Positions 15,876-15,885 of a stretch of DNA of 15,885 bases are shown piece after piece. The notes beneath the pieces were generated by a model. That model saw only the letters and a program-made list of their open reading frames with translations, was not told the DNA's origin and did no database searches. Both the position numbers and the translations under genes were made by a program. Origin of the DNA: an uncultured Oligoflexus sp. (GTDB lineage: Bacteria; Bdellovibrionota_B; Oligoflexia; Oligoflexales; Oligoflexaceae); NCBI GenBank assembly GCA_964236955.1, contig CAXSGP010000103.1, positions 1 to 15,885 of the forward strand, written 5' to 3'. Positions within the stretch are counted from its first letter, which is position 1; each line of letters starts with the position of its first letter.

Positions 15876-15885
15876 CGAAGAAAAT

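Overview
Bacterial chromosomal window in two parts. (1) Positions ~1-4979 form a visibly more AT-rich accessory patch bracketed by a 92-bp direct repeat (1-92 / 4888-4979). It carries a tightly coupled minus-strand operon: a small Sec-signal peptide (78 aa), an orphan family-5 (peptide/nickel) solute-binding protein, a stand-alone aKG-HExxH-type peptide-modifying enzyme, and a membrane sensor histidine kinase. The kinase is cut off before its ATPase domain by a decayed IS630 remnant. This looks like a modified-peptide signalling module and is the most interesting feature. (2) Positions 5014-15885 look like core genome: a TPR / highly diverged thiolase-fold / highly diverged FadB-FadJ-like operon, a TetR regulator, a divergent operon of two outer-membrane beta-barrels plus a large lipoprotein, recN, and tRNA-Thr(CGT), tRNA-Glu(TTC) and tRNA-Lys(TTT). 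Gene style suggests Bdellovibrionota/Oligoflexia, but that is an impression, not a result. All family calls come from motif recognition by eye; no searches were run.
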